Below, one piece after another: positions 1 through 11,300 of a stretch of DNA of 64,000 nt (position 1 is the first letter of the stretch; every line of letters starts with the position of its first letter). Under the pieces are notes generated by a model, which was given only the letters and a program-made list of their open reading frames with translations, ran no database searches and was not told where the DNA came from. Source of the DNA: Geosiphon pyriformis uo1 (Eukaryota; Fungi; Glomeromycota); the NCBI GenBank assembly GCA_016748015.1, contig JAAOMT010000031.1, forward strand, positions 124,001 to 188,000, written 5' to 3'. Made by a program: the position numbers and the translations under genes.

Positions 1-958
1 TGAAAAAGAATGAACAACTCACAAATTAAAGAAATAAAAAGTAGAGTGGAACAGATACTACTCAAAAAAGAAGTATTTGACATAATTCAAAATGAAAATT
101 TTGATAAAGCTCAATATTAAAGAAGGAGATAATGTTACTCATAAAAAGAAAAACAGATATAGAAAATAATAAACCAATAAGAGAGTAGTAGTTAGCACAT
201 AAGCACATTGCTCAGCAATGTAAAGCAATATTAGAAAATTAGAACACATTGCTCAGCAATATGAGCATTGCTCAAAAAAGCATAGCATATTACTTGAAAA
301 TGTGAGTGATCTTGTAGAACATTAATTATGTATATATAGTAGTAGCATTAGAAGAAAAAAAGACAGATCTTTTAGTTTAGATTTGATCTAAGCAATTTTC
401 CATTTACAAATATCAATAAATAATTATTTACTATTTTAATTCACTCTCCACTATTAACACTTCATGTTGATAGTAATTGATATTTAACTACATTAAAACA
501 ATAGCTCTTGATTATGGCTATTGATGAGATACTAATACTCATTATCTTGGCTTATTTTTTTATGTTGATTTTATTTTATTTTCTTTTGTATTTCTTTTGT
601 TTTACTAATTAATTAAAAAAGTAAAAACACTGAATTATTAACGTCAAGAATAGCCTAGTAAAAGATCCCAAAGGAAGGGTATAGCATTGAGAATTTAAGG
701 ATAGCTTACCAGAAAGACATTTCTGCCAGATTACCAGCTATCATGTTGAGAAAAAAATTGAATGAAATTATGATTCTGGGAGGCTACTAAAACAACTATT
801 GAATTTCTGTTTATTATACAAAAAACTTCACAACAAAACTTTCAGACCAACAAAATTTTCAGATTATGAAAATCTTCAGAAACCAATCATTATATTAATT
901 GAGCACTAAGTTATGGGTTTGTTATTTGCTTTAAGACTCCAAATAATTATCTGTAACA
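1..958 (+). mobile_element. Gypsy element A, 3' end: C-terminus of ORF3 (1-120), polypurine tract (~118-132) and 3' LTR (133-958)
   Basis: LTR bounded by TGTTAC (133) and GTAACA (958), preceded by the purine run AAAGAAGGAGATAA. Bases 1-~540 are the reverse complement of ~1155-1705 (same family as B). Confidence 0.9.
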
Positions 959-1573
959 CTGGTAATCTTTCTGGTAAGATATTTTTAATTCCGAGTGTCT
1001 ATCCTTATTCCTAAGTCTTTTATCAGTGTTATATCCTGACATCAGTACTTCTGCATGTAAATCTTTTTAATTAAGTTAACAAACAACAAAGAAAATAAAG
1101 CAAGAAAAAAAATAAGAAAAATAAGAAAATAAGCCCAAACAATTTACACATTAGTATTCCGTCAATAGCCATGTTCAAAAGCTATTGTTCTAGTATAATT
1201 AAGTATTAATTACTACCAACATAAAGTGTTGATAGTAAAAAGTGAATTTGAGATAGTGAATAATTATTTATTGATATTTGTAATATGAAAGATTGCTTAG
1301 ATTAAATCTAAACTAAGAGATCTGTCTTTTTTTTTCTAATGCTATTGTTATATATACCTAATTTATGTTCTATAAAATCACTCACATTTTTGAGTGACGT
1401 GCTATAATTTCTTGAGCAATGCTTACATTGCTAAGCAATATGCTCTATATTGTTGAGCAATATGCTGTAATTTCTGACATTGCTCTATATTGCTAAGCAA
1501 TATGCTCACATGCTAACTACTCCTTTTTTATTGGTCTACTATTTTCTATATCTGTTTTTTTTTATGAGTAACA
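959..1573 (-). repeat. Element B 3' LTR (5' portion, cut by insertion of A)
   Basis: Starts TGTTAC at 1573 on the - strand after the PPT; colinear with ~19745-20331. Confidence 0.9.
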
Positions 1574-1586
1574 TTATCTCTTTCTT

Positions 1587-2150
1587 TTAATATTGAGCTC
1601 TATCAAAATCTTCATTTTGAATTATGTCAAATACTTCTTTTTTAAGTAGCATCTGTTCCACTCTGCTCTTTATTTCTTTAATTTGTGAGTTGTTTATTCT
1701 TTTCCATTGGTTGATAATTATTGTTTCCATGTTAAAGTATAACAATACTTCTGAATAGTTTTGGAATATAGTGTGTAGTCAATAAATGATTCTGATGTGT
1801 AGTGTTAAATTTGTTTTCTTTTTAATAATGTCTTCAATGTTTCAGATTATCTCTTGATTGAAGATTCTCTTGGATTTGTCCAGATATAACTTCTAAATAT
1901 CTACTTTTTGTTCCAATTGATAGTAGTAGTATAATATTGAAAGTTGGTCTATCTATTGGTTCTAATTTTTTTTTATTGGTTCTTCTGTTGGAATGATAAT
2001 GATTATCTTTCCAAAAGTGTTTTTTACTTTTTCTACTATTTTATTTGACCAGTTTATTGATTGTTTCTGTGGTTACTAGTATAATGTACTTTTTTCTTTT
2101 TGTTTAATGTTTCAATAACAGATTGTTTGGTTGTTGATGATAATTTCCAT
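1587..2150 (-). pseudogene. Element B ORF3 (accessory protein, disrupted)
   Basis: ATG at 2150 (MEIIINNQ...). Fragments YYYYQLEQKV and LHIRIIY*LHTIFQNYSEVL...FDRAQY* align with ORF3 of elements A and C. Confidence 0.65.
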
Positions 2151-2278
2151 GTTTATTTGCTGTTAATTTAAAGCCTAAAACAATTGTTAAGCTAAAGTGT
2201 GAATATGGTCTGGTATTTCTATTTTTCTTTGTCACTTTTGTTGTGTATATCTTTATTTTTATATACTTTTTTGGTCGT

Positions 2279-3661
2279 TTAATTTGACATGTTTGGTTCA
2301 ATAACTATGATTGATTCCAGATCTTGTGGAATTTTATCTGGTTGAACTAGTATTTTTTGTGCTCCCAGTTGTGAAATATTACTGGTAGATGCTGATATTA
2401 TGCTTTAATATAATTTCAGTCGATCTCTATGTGCTGCTTTGGTTAAAATTTTGTTGTTCAATCTTAATTTATAAGCTTTATTTTCTAGAATTTTTTTTAC
2501 ATGAAATGGTTTGTCTCATTTGGAGTCAAATTTTCCACTCCATTATTTTTCTGCTTTGGTATGATGTAAAAGTACTTTGTCTCTAATCCTGAATTTAACT
2601 GGTTTATCTGGTAGTTGATTATTATGTCTTTTTTTTTGTTTTTCTTGTGACTTTTGAATATTATTAGCTGCTTTTTGCTATTTGTTTTTTAGTGTTTTTA
2701 TTAAGTCATATGTTTTTTTTAACAATGTTTTTTGAAAATTGTCTTCAGTTATTGGTTCTGTTGGATACCTGTTGACTTCTATCTCAATTGGTAGTGTTGC
2801 TGTTCTACCATATACTAATTCAAATAGTGTTGCTTGTATAGTGTCTTGCTTCATTATCCAGTAAGCAAATAATACTGATGGTATAAACAAATCTCATTTG
2901 TCTTGGTTTTTTTGGCTGATTTTGGCAATTGCTTTACACAATGTTCTGTTAAATCTTTCAATTAATCCATTTGTTTGTAGATGGTATGGTGATAATAATA
3001 GTCTTTTTATCCCAAATCTTTGACTTAATTCTGCCAATGTTCTATTCACAAAGTAAATTTCTTGATCTGATAATAGTTCTTTTGAACATTTGTGTTAACA
3101 GATCAAATTTTGATAAACAAATTTGGCAACAGATTCTGCATCTGCTTTTTGAATGGCTTTTGCTTCTGGCCATTTTGTGAGATAGTTCATAGCTACTACA
3201 ATATATCTGTTGTCTCTGTTAGTTATTGTTAATGGTCCGATTAAGTCAATTCCAATGTAATCAAATGGTTATCCTATTTTAATTGGTTTTAATGATTTAC
3301 TGAGTCTTGTTTCTCCTCTTTTCTGACAAGCATTACAATTTTGAACATATTAAATGATGTCTGGATACATTAATGGCCAATAATATCTTTTTCTGATTTT
3401 TTCTATGGTTGCTTCTTTGTGAAAATGTCCTGCTGTTAAATCTGAGTGCATATTGAATAATATTGTCTCTTTCTCTGGTTTTGTAACTACTCTAATTGGT
3501 TGATCTAGATTTTTTTTGTTTTTTCAGTAAAGTATATTTTGATGGTTGATAAAATATTATGATTGTTGTTTTATGTTGTTTTGTTCTTTTTGAGATAATT
3601 TCTCCTTAAACAATTGTGTATTTATATAGTATTGGCATTGGTGGTATTTTTGTATATTCAT
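2279..3661 (-). pseudogene. Element B integrase (disrupted)
   Basis: ATG at 3661; H...H zinc motif (MHSDLTAGHF); core IGIDLIGPL; ORF 2678-2890 (FELVYGRTATLPIE); degenerate GPF module; no chromodomain. Confidence 0.85.
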
Positions 3662-3691
3662 TTTTTATTATATTTTTGGATTGAAATGTTT

Positions 3692-5349
3692 TTAGATTTG
3701 TTTTATTTATGACAATCTATCAGCATTTCTGTTTTCTTTTTTTTTGTAATGTACTGTATAATTAAATAGTGAAAGTTCTATTTTCTATCTGGCATGGTAA
3801 TTGTCTTCAAATTTTTGAAGTCAATTCTTTGTGATCAGTGTATACATCAAACTTCTAACTCAAGTATTCTTTCTATTTGATGACAGCCCAATAGATAGCT
3901 AAGTGTTCTAGTATTAGCATTCTATAATTCTTTTCAGCTGGACTTAAGCTTCTATTGGCATAAGCTACTGGGTGTTCTCATTCATCCGGCCTTTTTTGAG
4001 ATAGTACAGCTCCTAATTTTTGGCCAAATGCATCAGTAGTAATGATGAATAGTTTGCTATGGTTTGGATAGATTAATACTGGGGCCTGAATAAGTTTTCT
4101 TCTTAGTGTGTCAAAGGCTTTTTGTTGAATTTTAGTCTATTTGTATTTGGTGTTCTTTGTTTGGAGTTAATATAGTGGTTGAAAAGTCTTTGATAAATTG
4201 GTAGTAGTATTCAGCAAATTTCAAGAATGCTTTTAATTCCATGAGATTATTTGGTACTAGAAAGTTCTTGACAATTTCAATCTTATCTGGATCTGTTTTG
4301 ATACTGTTTTTGTGCACAATATGTCCCAAAAACTTGAGTTTAGTTTTTCCAAAGAAACACTTGATTGCATTTAATTTTAATTTGGCTCTTCTTAGTCTTT
4401 CAAATACTTGTTGAAAATAATGTAGATGATCATTGAATGTTTTGGAGAACACATTGATGTCATTTAGGTATACAACTACTGATTTCCATAGCAGTTCAGT
4501 ATAGACAATTTCCATAAGCCATTGAAATATAACTAGAATATTCATCAAGCCAAATGGCATAACCTCAAATTCGAAATTTTCTTCTTGAGTTATAAAAGCT
4601 GTTTTTTCTTTATCTTTTGGTTTCATGGCTACTTGCCAGTAACCACTGTCCAAATTTAAAGTTGAAAACCATTTTTTTTTTCCAAAATTATTGAAAAGTT
4701 CTTGGATTTTTGGAGTTGAGTAACTATCTCCTTTTGTTACTCTATTTAGTTTTTAGTAATCCACACAAAAGTGGATTTTTCTATTTTTCTTATGGACTAG
4801 TACTACTGGTAATAACTATGGGCTCATTGATAGCTGAATTAGCCTATTGTTAAGCATATGATTGATTTCTTGATGAATGATCTTATGGCTGGCTGGTGGT
4901 ACCCTGTATGCTCTTTGTTTAATTGGCATTGTATCTCTAATCTTAATCTGATGCTGGATTATGTCAATTCTGCCAAATTCATTTTCACTGGCAAAAATAT
5001 CATTAAAGTTGTTAAGTAACATTTTGAGCTGTATATATTGTAATGAGTTTAGATTTTTCAAGTTTATCTGTTCCAATTGTTCTGGTTGGAGCAAATAACA
5101 TTCTTCTTATCCATATATTGTTTGAAATGTGATATCTACATATCCATATAGTTGTGAAAAATCTGGAATGGTGTTTAGCAGTTGGTTTTCAACTTCAGTG
5201 GTAAAATATCTAATAGTAGTTCTTTTCAGTATCTTAATGGTATCTCCCATGTTGTTATAGATGGAAATTTTAATGTATCTGTGGTTCTTGGCTGGTATGT
5301 GTAAATTGACTAATCCAATCTTTTTTGATTTACAAAGTATTGTTTCTGC
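3692..5349 (-). pseudogene. Element B pol, RT-RNase H part (disrupted)
   Basis: ORF 4132-4653 (SGYWQV...FEVMPFGL...VYLND, from YLDD) and ORF 4816-5094 (IQHQI...PIKQRAYRVP); RNase H ITTDAFG...GAVLSQ. Confidence 0.92.
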
Positions 5350-6336
5350 TGTTACTGGAGGTTTTTGGTCTCTTTTCTGTAATGTTGTTGATACTTATTT
5401 GCTGTGAATTCACGTTTTTTGGATGTGGTTGAACCTCCAGTAACTGAATTTTTAACTTCAAATTATCTCCTATAATTTGAACTTGCTGGACTTATGAGTG
5501 GAATGGCCAATTCCGTGCCAGTTGCTTTATGTAATTATGTTGTAGTAAACATCAACTCTTTTCTAGGAATTGCTTGTCTGGAAGCTTACTAAAAATGTGT
5601 AATTACTTTTGCTGTAAAAGTCAACTCTTCTACAGGAATCTTGTCTGTAGGCTACCCTAATAATTGTAATAAGAAAAGAAAAGAAAATAAAAAAAATGTA
5701 AAAGAAATAAGATTTTTATCAAGAGAAACGTTTTCTATCCAGGCCTGGAGTCACTAACAGTTTACTGAAATTGGTAGCTAATCAATTTCAAAATGTTAGT
5801 TGGGTTTTGAGGATTTTTCCAAGTGCAATAATTTAAAGAATTTGGTTTTTTAAATTATTTGATATTTATTTCTTTTTGTGTGTATAAGAACGGTTTTGAG
5901 AGATAAATCTAAAGTAAGATACATTTTCTTGAAGAGAAAAGCTCTTCTTTTATACAACTTGTCATAATACTATTCTATGAACTTGAACTTTGCTATTTTC
6001 TACAATTTCGCTGAACTAAAGATACATTTCGGCGAACTACAAGTTATTTCTGCAAACTATTGGATATTTTGGTGAACTATCAATTATTTCAGCAAATTTC
6101 TATAAATTTTGGCGAACTTTTTGAATGTTACATAGTTCAGAATATTGCATGATTGATCATCACAATTAAGTTACATTTGTGTTATGTACAATTTGGGTTA
6201 TTAATTAAATGATAATTTTGGACATTCTTTGCTAATGTAATAAGTGATAATTTGAAATGATAATATATGCTAATTAATGATAGGAATTATAAGATAGTTT
6301 CATGCTAAATGATATCTCTAATTTCGTCTGGTAACA
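5350..6336 (-). repeat. Element C 3' LTR (987 bp)
   Basis: Direct repeat of 14030-15013. Confidence 0.95.
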
Positions 6337-7024
6337 TAACCTCCTCCTCAAGACTGAGCTCCATCGAAGTCCAAGTACTGTCTGTTATTTCCAGATAATA
6401 ATCCAAAATTATTGAAGAAATTTGGTCTGAAAATTGTTGAAATTTCAGTTCTGTGAGCTTTCCAATGTATTGAATCTTCAAAGGTTGAAAAATTGGGTTT
6501 TGTAGTATGTTTTCACAGATGTGGAATAGGTTATAAAGTCTAAGAGCAGCTCTAAGCCTGTAGCGACTGTTTGTTGATCCAGCTGTTGTCTTAAATTCAT
6601 TGTGGAGTTGTTTCTGAATAGCTTCTTTTGTGAGGTTTGCTGTTGTAAGTTCCAGTTTCCATTTGTAGAGTGTTTTTCCAATGTGAAAATATCTATAGAT
6701 TGGAGGATATTCAGTGTTTTCCTCATTGAGACACAGTTGAAGTTTTTGTTGAATTGTAGCATTTGGTGAAATACTAATTGGAGTAAGCATTAGGTTTTTT
6801 CTTAAAGCAAGCTTTAAAAGTTCTGGCAGGTGAATTCCAGTATAACTTCTTGTGTTCTTTTTATACAGGTGATATTTTCATGAATTTGGTGCTAAATTTG
6901 TAACTACTTCTGTTTGGGTATAATTTATGTGGTTTCCAATAACAGTAATGGATAATTCGGGTATTGTTTTTAAAGCTAACATTAGTTTTTGGGATAATTG
7001 TTGAATGTTTTGAGGAATAGTTAT
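6305..7024 (-). pseudogene. Element C ORF3, ~240-aa accessory protein overlapping the PPT and the start of the 3' LTR
   Basis: The 161-aa ORF 6305-6790 extends in frame to ATA (probably ex-ATG) at 7024 with one TGA at 6878-6880. The homologous codon in copy F is CAA, implying ancestral CGA. Confidence 0.75.
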
Positions 7025-7191
7025 TATAAGCAATTGAAAAAATAAAAAAATTATTTTTGGTGTATGGGTTTTTATGTTATTTTTGTTTTGTTTTTGTGAG
7101 ATTGTTTCTAAATTATAAGAGAATAACTAGTAAAATTAAATTAAGTGTTCAGATTGGAAGGTTGTTCAATGACAACTATTGGTTCTAAGTT

Positions 7192-8334
7192 TCAGAGAAT
7201 ATCTTTGGGACTGACCAAAGGGGAATGTGTACCAATTTGTGGAATTAATGATTTAAGATTGTTTTTGGAATGATAGTGTTTCAAACGATCTCCATGTGCA
7301 ACTTTTGCTAGGATTTTGTTATCAAGTCTTAGCTTGTATGATCCATTGCCTAGGATTTCATGGATAAAGAATGGTCCATCCCATTTATTTTCAAATTTTC
7401 CACTCCATTGTTTTTCAGCTTTAGTTCTGTGTAAGAGAACTTTGTTTCCAATTTTGAATTTATTGGTGACTGAAGGCAATTTGTCATCATGCCATTCTTT
7501 TTGTTGAGCTTGGGAGTGTTCAATATGGGTGGCTGCTATTCGTTGTTNNNNNNNNNNNNNNNNNNNNNNNNNNNNNNNNNNNNNNNNNNNNNNNNNNNNN
7601 NNNNNNNNNNNNNNNNNNNNNNNNNNNNNNNNNNNNNNNNNNNNNNNNNNNNNNNNNNNNNNNNNNNNNNNNNNNNNNNNNNNNNNNNNNNNNNNNNNNN
7701 NNNNNNNNNNNNNNNNNNNNNNNNNNNNNNNNNNNNNNNNNNNNNNNNNNNNNNNNNNNNNNNNNNNNNNNNNNNNNNNNNNNNNNNNNNNNNNNNNNNN
7801 NNNNNNNNNNNNNNNNNNNNNNNNNNNNNNNNNNNNNNNNNNNNNNNNNNNNNNNNNNNNNNNNNNNNNNNNNNNNNNNNNNNNNNNNNNNNNNNNNNNN
7901 NNNNNNNNNNNNNNNNNNNNNNNNNNNNNNNNNNNNNNNNNNNNNNNNNNNNNNNNNNNNNNNNNNNNNNNNNNNNNNNNNNNNNNNNNNNNNNNNNNNN
8001 NNNNNNNNNNNNNNNNNNNNNNNNNNNNNNNNNNNNNNNNNNNNNNNNNNNNNNNNNNNNNNNNNNNNNNNNNNNNNNNNNNNNNATCTTTTCCGAAGTG
8101 TGCTGATGAAGGATCTGAGTGCATATTGTATAAAATGGTCTCTTTTTCCTGTTCTTGTATTAATCTGAGTGGTTTGGTTGGGTTTTTGAAATTTCGATAA
8201 TAGATAATGTTGTTGTGTAGAAAATATTGTTTGGCTTGTTGTTGTAACCAATGTTTTTCGTCTGGGGACCAATCTGTTGGGATTGTTAATGTCTCCAAAT
8301 ATTGTTTGAGATTGTTGTAGTTTTTGGGGTTCAT
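7192..8334 (-). CDS. Element C integrase, separate ORF (core lies in the assembly gap)
   Basis: Own ATG; MHSDPSSAHFG zinc-motif histidines; C-terminal WDGPFFIHEILGNGSYKL (GPY/F module). Confidence 0.85.
   Translation of the reverse strand: MNPKNYNNLKQYLETLTIPTDWSPDEKHWLQQQAKQYFLHNNIIYYRNFKNPTKPLRLIQEQEKETILYNMHSDPSSAHFGKDXXXXXXXXXXXXXXXXXXXXXXXXXXXXXXXXXXXXXXXXXXXXXXXXXXXXXXXXXXXXXXXXXXXXXXXXXXXXXXXXXXXXXXXXXXXXXXXXXXXXXXXXXXXXXXXXXXXXXXXXXXXXXXXXXXXXXXXXXXXXXXXXXXXXXXXXXXXXXXXXXXXXXXXXXXXXXXXXXXXXQRIAATHIEHSQAQQKEWHDDKLPSVTNKFKIGNKVLLHRTKAEKQWSGKFENKWDGPFFIHEILGNGSYKLRLDNKILAKVAHGDRLKHYHSKNNLKSLIPQIGTHSPLVSPKDIL
7548..8085. other. Assembly gap (N run)
   Basis: 538 N bases. Confidence 1.
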
Positions 8335-8383
8335 TGTTTGTTGTTTTGATGCTGTTAATTCAAATGGGTGTTGGTTCTGTTTT

Positions 8384-11300
8384 CTAATCTTGTCTCATTC
8401 TTGAGAGACAATCAATGTTGGTGTGGAGTTTTCCTAGTTTGTGGTGTACGATGTATCGGTAATTAGCTAAAAATCCTGTTCATCGGGTTTGTTTTGCATT
8501 CAGCTGGGTGTTTTTGTTTTGTAGCCATTTAAGTCCAATATTATCAGTGATAATATCGAATTCTTTGGGTCTGAGGTAAAGGTTGAAGTGATGTAGGGCC
8601 CAGATTACTGCTGCAGTTTCTAATTCTGTTGCGGGGTAGTTCTTTTTGGCTGGCTTTAATGTTCTACTAGCATAAGCAATTACTCGCTTATTTCCATTGT
8701 TATCTAACTGTGATAGGATGGCACCAAAAGCAGTATAAGAGGCATCAGTTGCTAACTGGAATCGGTTGCTGAAATCTGGGTAGACAAGGATTGAAGCTGT
8801 TGTGAGTTTTTCCTTAAGTATCTCGAAGGCATTCTGGTGTTCTTCTGTCCATTTGTATTCGACATTTTTAGTAGTGAGCTGGTTGAGGGGTTTTGCAATT
8901 TCTGAGAATCTTTTGATGAATTTTTGGTAATAGGATGCTAATCCAATAAATCCTTTTAATTCTGTGGTATTTCATGGAGTCTTGAAGTTCTTGACAGTAC
9001 TGATTTTTCTGGGGTCTGGTTTAATTCCATCTTTGCTAACAATGTGACCAAGAAAAGCTAAACTTGTTTTTCCAAAGTAGCATTTTTCAATGTTTAGTTT
9101 CAATCCTGCTTTCCGTAATCATTGAAAAACTTCTCACAGGTGAATTAAATGTAGCTCAAAAGATGGTGAATAAACATCAGTGTCATCAAGATAAACTATT
9201 ACTGATTTCCAAAGAAGGCCTTTGTAAACAACATCCATGAGTTTTTGGAATGTTGCTGGTGCATTGCATAATCCAAAAGGCATTACATTGAACTTGTAAT
9301 TTCCTTCTTGAGTGGTGAATGCTGTTTTGGGGCGGTCTTTGGGATCCATAGCAACTTGCCAGTATCTACTCTCTAAATCTAATGTTGAAAAGTATTTGGA
9401 CTTTCCAAGGGTATCCAACATGTCATCAATTCGGGGAAGAGAGTAGGCATCCCCAATGGTGACGCTGTTAAGTTGTCAGTAATCAACACAAAATCGTATC
9501 TTTCCATTTTTTTTTTTAACTAGGACCACAGGTGAGGCCCATGGGCTCATTGATGGTTGAATAAGCCCATTGTTAAGCATTTGTTGTACTTCTTCTCGGA
9601 TAAATTGGTGACTTTCTGGGGCAACTTGGTAGGCTTGTTGTCGCCTTGGTTTGGTATCTCCTGTATAGATTTGGTGTTGAACCAAATTAGTTCTTCCTAA
9701 GTTATTGTTGTTTTTGGTGAAGATGTCAGCAAATTCTGTGATTAGCTCTTTGAGCTGAGTCTGTTGTTGTGGTTCAAGTTGTCCCATGTTGATTCGAGAT
9801 AGTTTTTCCATGACAACATGGTAGTTTTCGGAGCTGGAGTTTGGGTTGGTTTTTGGTATTGAATGTCCAATAATTTCAGAGAAATCGGGAACTATTTGGG
9901 GTAATTCTTGTTGAAATATATTACTGTGAATAACTCTAATTTCTAAATTATTTAATAAAATTATGGGGTAATTATTGGAGTTGTAAAAAGTAACTTGGAC
10001 TTTCTTTGTTCCTTCTGGAATATAAATGTTTGGGATCAAAATATTATGTTCTAAGCAGACTTGTTTATTGAACTCAAAAATTTGTTGTGTGGTTGTTGGC
10101 TTTGGGCAGGTGTAGATTTCTGAATGTTCTCCAAAGGGTAAGATAATAATCGGTTATGGAAGTCTGAGAATCTGGTGGGATTTGTTCTGTGTGTTAAGAG
10201 CTATATTAACTGGAACTGTGAATCGTCCAGTTAAACCAAAACCTTGGGTTTCTCTATCACTTTTTCCTAATTGTTCTCTTTGATTGACTAGTTGCAAACC
10301 CAAAATGTTGATTAAGGGTAGATAAATAGCTTGGGCAATTTTTTCAGCATGTTCGATCTTGAATGGTTTGTTAGTTTCATTTTGAAGCATCACTGTTATG
10401 TCTCCAGTATATCCAGCATCGATTATTCCTCCTCTGACATTGATTCCTTTGCTTGCCAGAGAGGACTAGGAGGCAATTTGAACTATTGCTTCTGGCAGGA
10501 TTTCGAGTGCAATTTTGAGATTGATTTTTGTGAGAGATTTGGGTTTGAGAACAAGAGTATCCTTGTCTGGATATCTTAGGTCATATCTAGCATCAATTTC
10601 ATGTGCTTTTTCGGGTTTTATTCCTTGTCCATTGTTGTTGAAGTATTTAAGTTGTAAGACAAGCTGATTTTCGATAAGGTAGATGAGTGTTGTTTCAATT
10701 TCTTTCATTTCTTCAGGTTCTCCAAATTCAATTTCATTCTCATCATTTTCACTGGGCAAGGGGATACTAAGAGTATAGTATTCAGGACACCATTGTTCAT
10801 TGCAAGGCATAATGCATTCTTCACATAGCCTAATGTTTATTTGCTCTAATCATTGAATTTGAGCTTCTTGGGTTGGGTAGATGTGACTTGCAATTTGGTG
10901 GTAGACTTCTACTTCATCTTCATAATCGAATCCAGCTAATTCCATAGTGTATTTAATGTATTTTGCTTCCTTCATTTGACGAACATCTTCTTTGGTAGCT
11001 CCATTAATTAATGCCATTGTTAAGTCGAAAATCATCTCGGCATCATGAGGGTAGTGATAAAGTTTGTTAAGAGCACTGTTGTATGCCGTATTAAAGGGTG
11101 TTCCTCTTTTTACTTTTTCTGAAATTGATAAAGCATATTGGCAGGTCTGATCGCAGATGCCTCCTCTCATTGCTACATCAATCCAATTGCATTCTTTCAG
11201 TAGCATATCTCCACAAGTCAAACAAAGGGTGTTGTCCCATTTTCCGCTTCTTTTTATTAGATGGCCCCATTACTCTCTGTAGCAAGCCTTGCAGTAATAA

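Noticed and set aside
6005-6119. Regularly spaced repeats resembling a CRISPR array
   Set aside because: Spacers are only 6-8 bp, the repeats lie inside eukaryotic LTRs, and there are no cas genes.
6305-7024. ORF3 as an envelope gene
   Set aside because: Too short, with no signal peptide or transmembrane segment evident.
7489-8272. Long ORFs containing X runs (7489-8106, 7520-8272, 7529-8200)
   Set aside because: Artefacts of the N gap; only 7192-8334 has integrase motifs.
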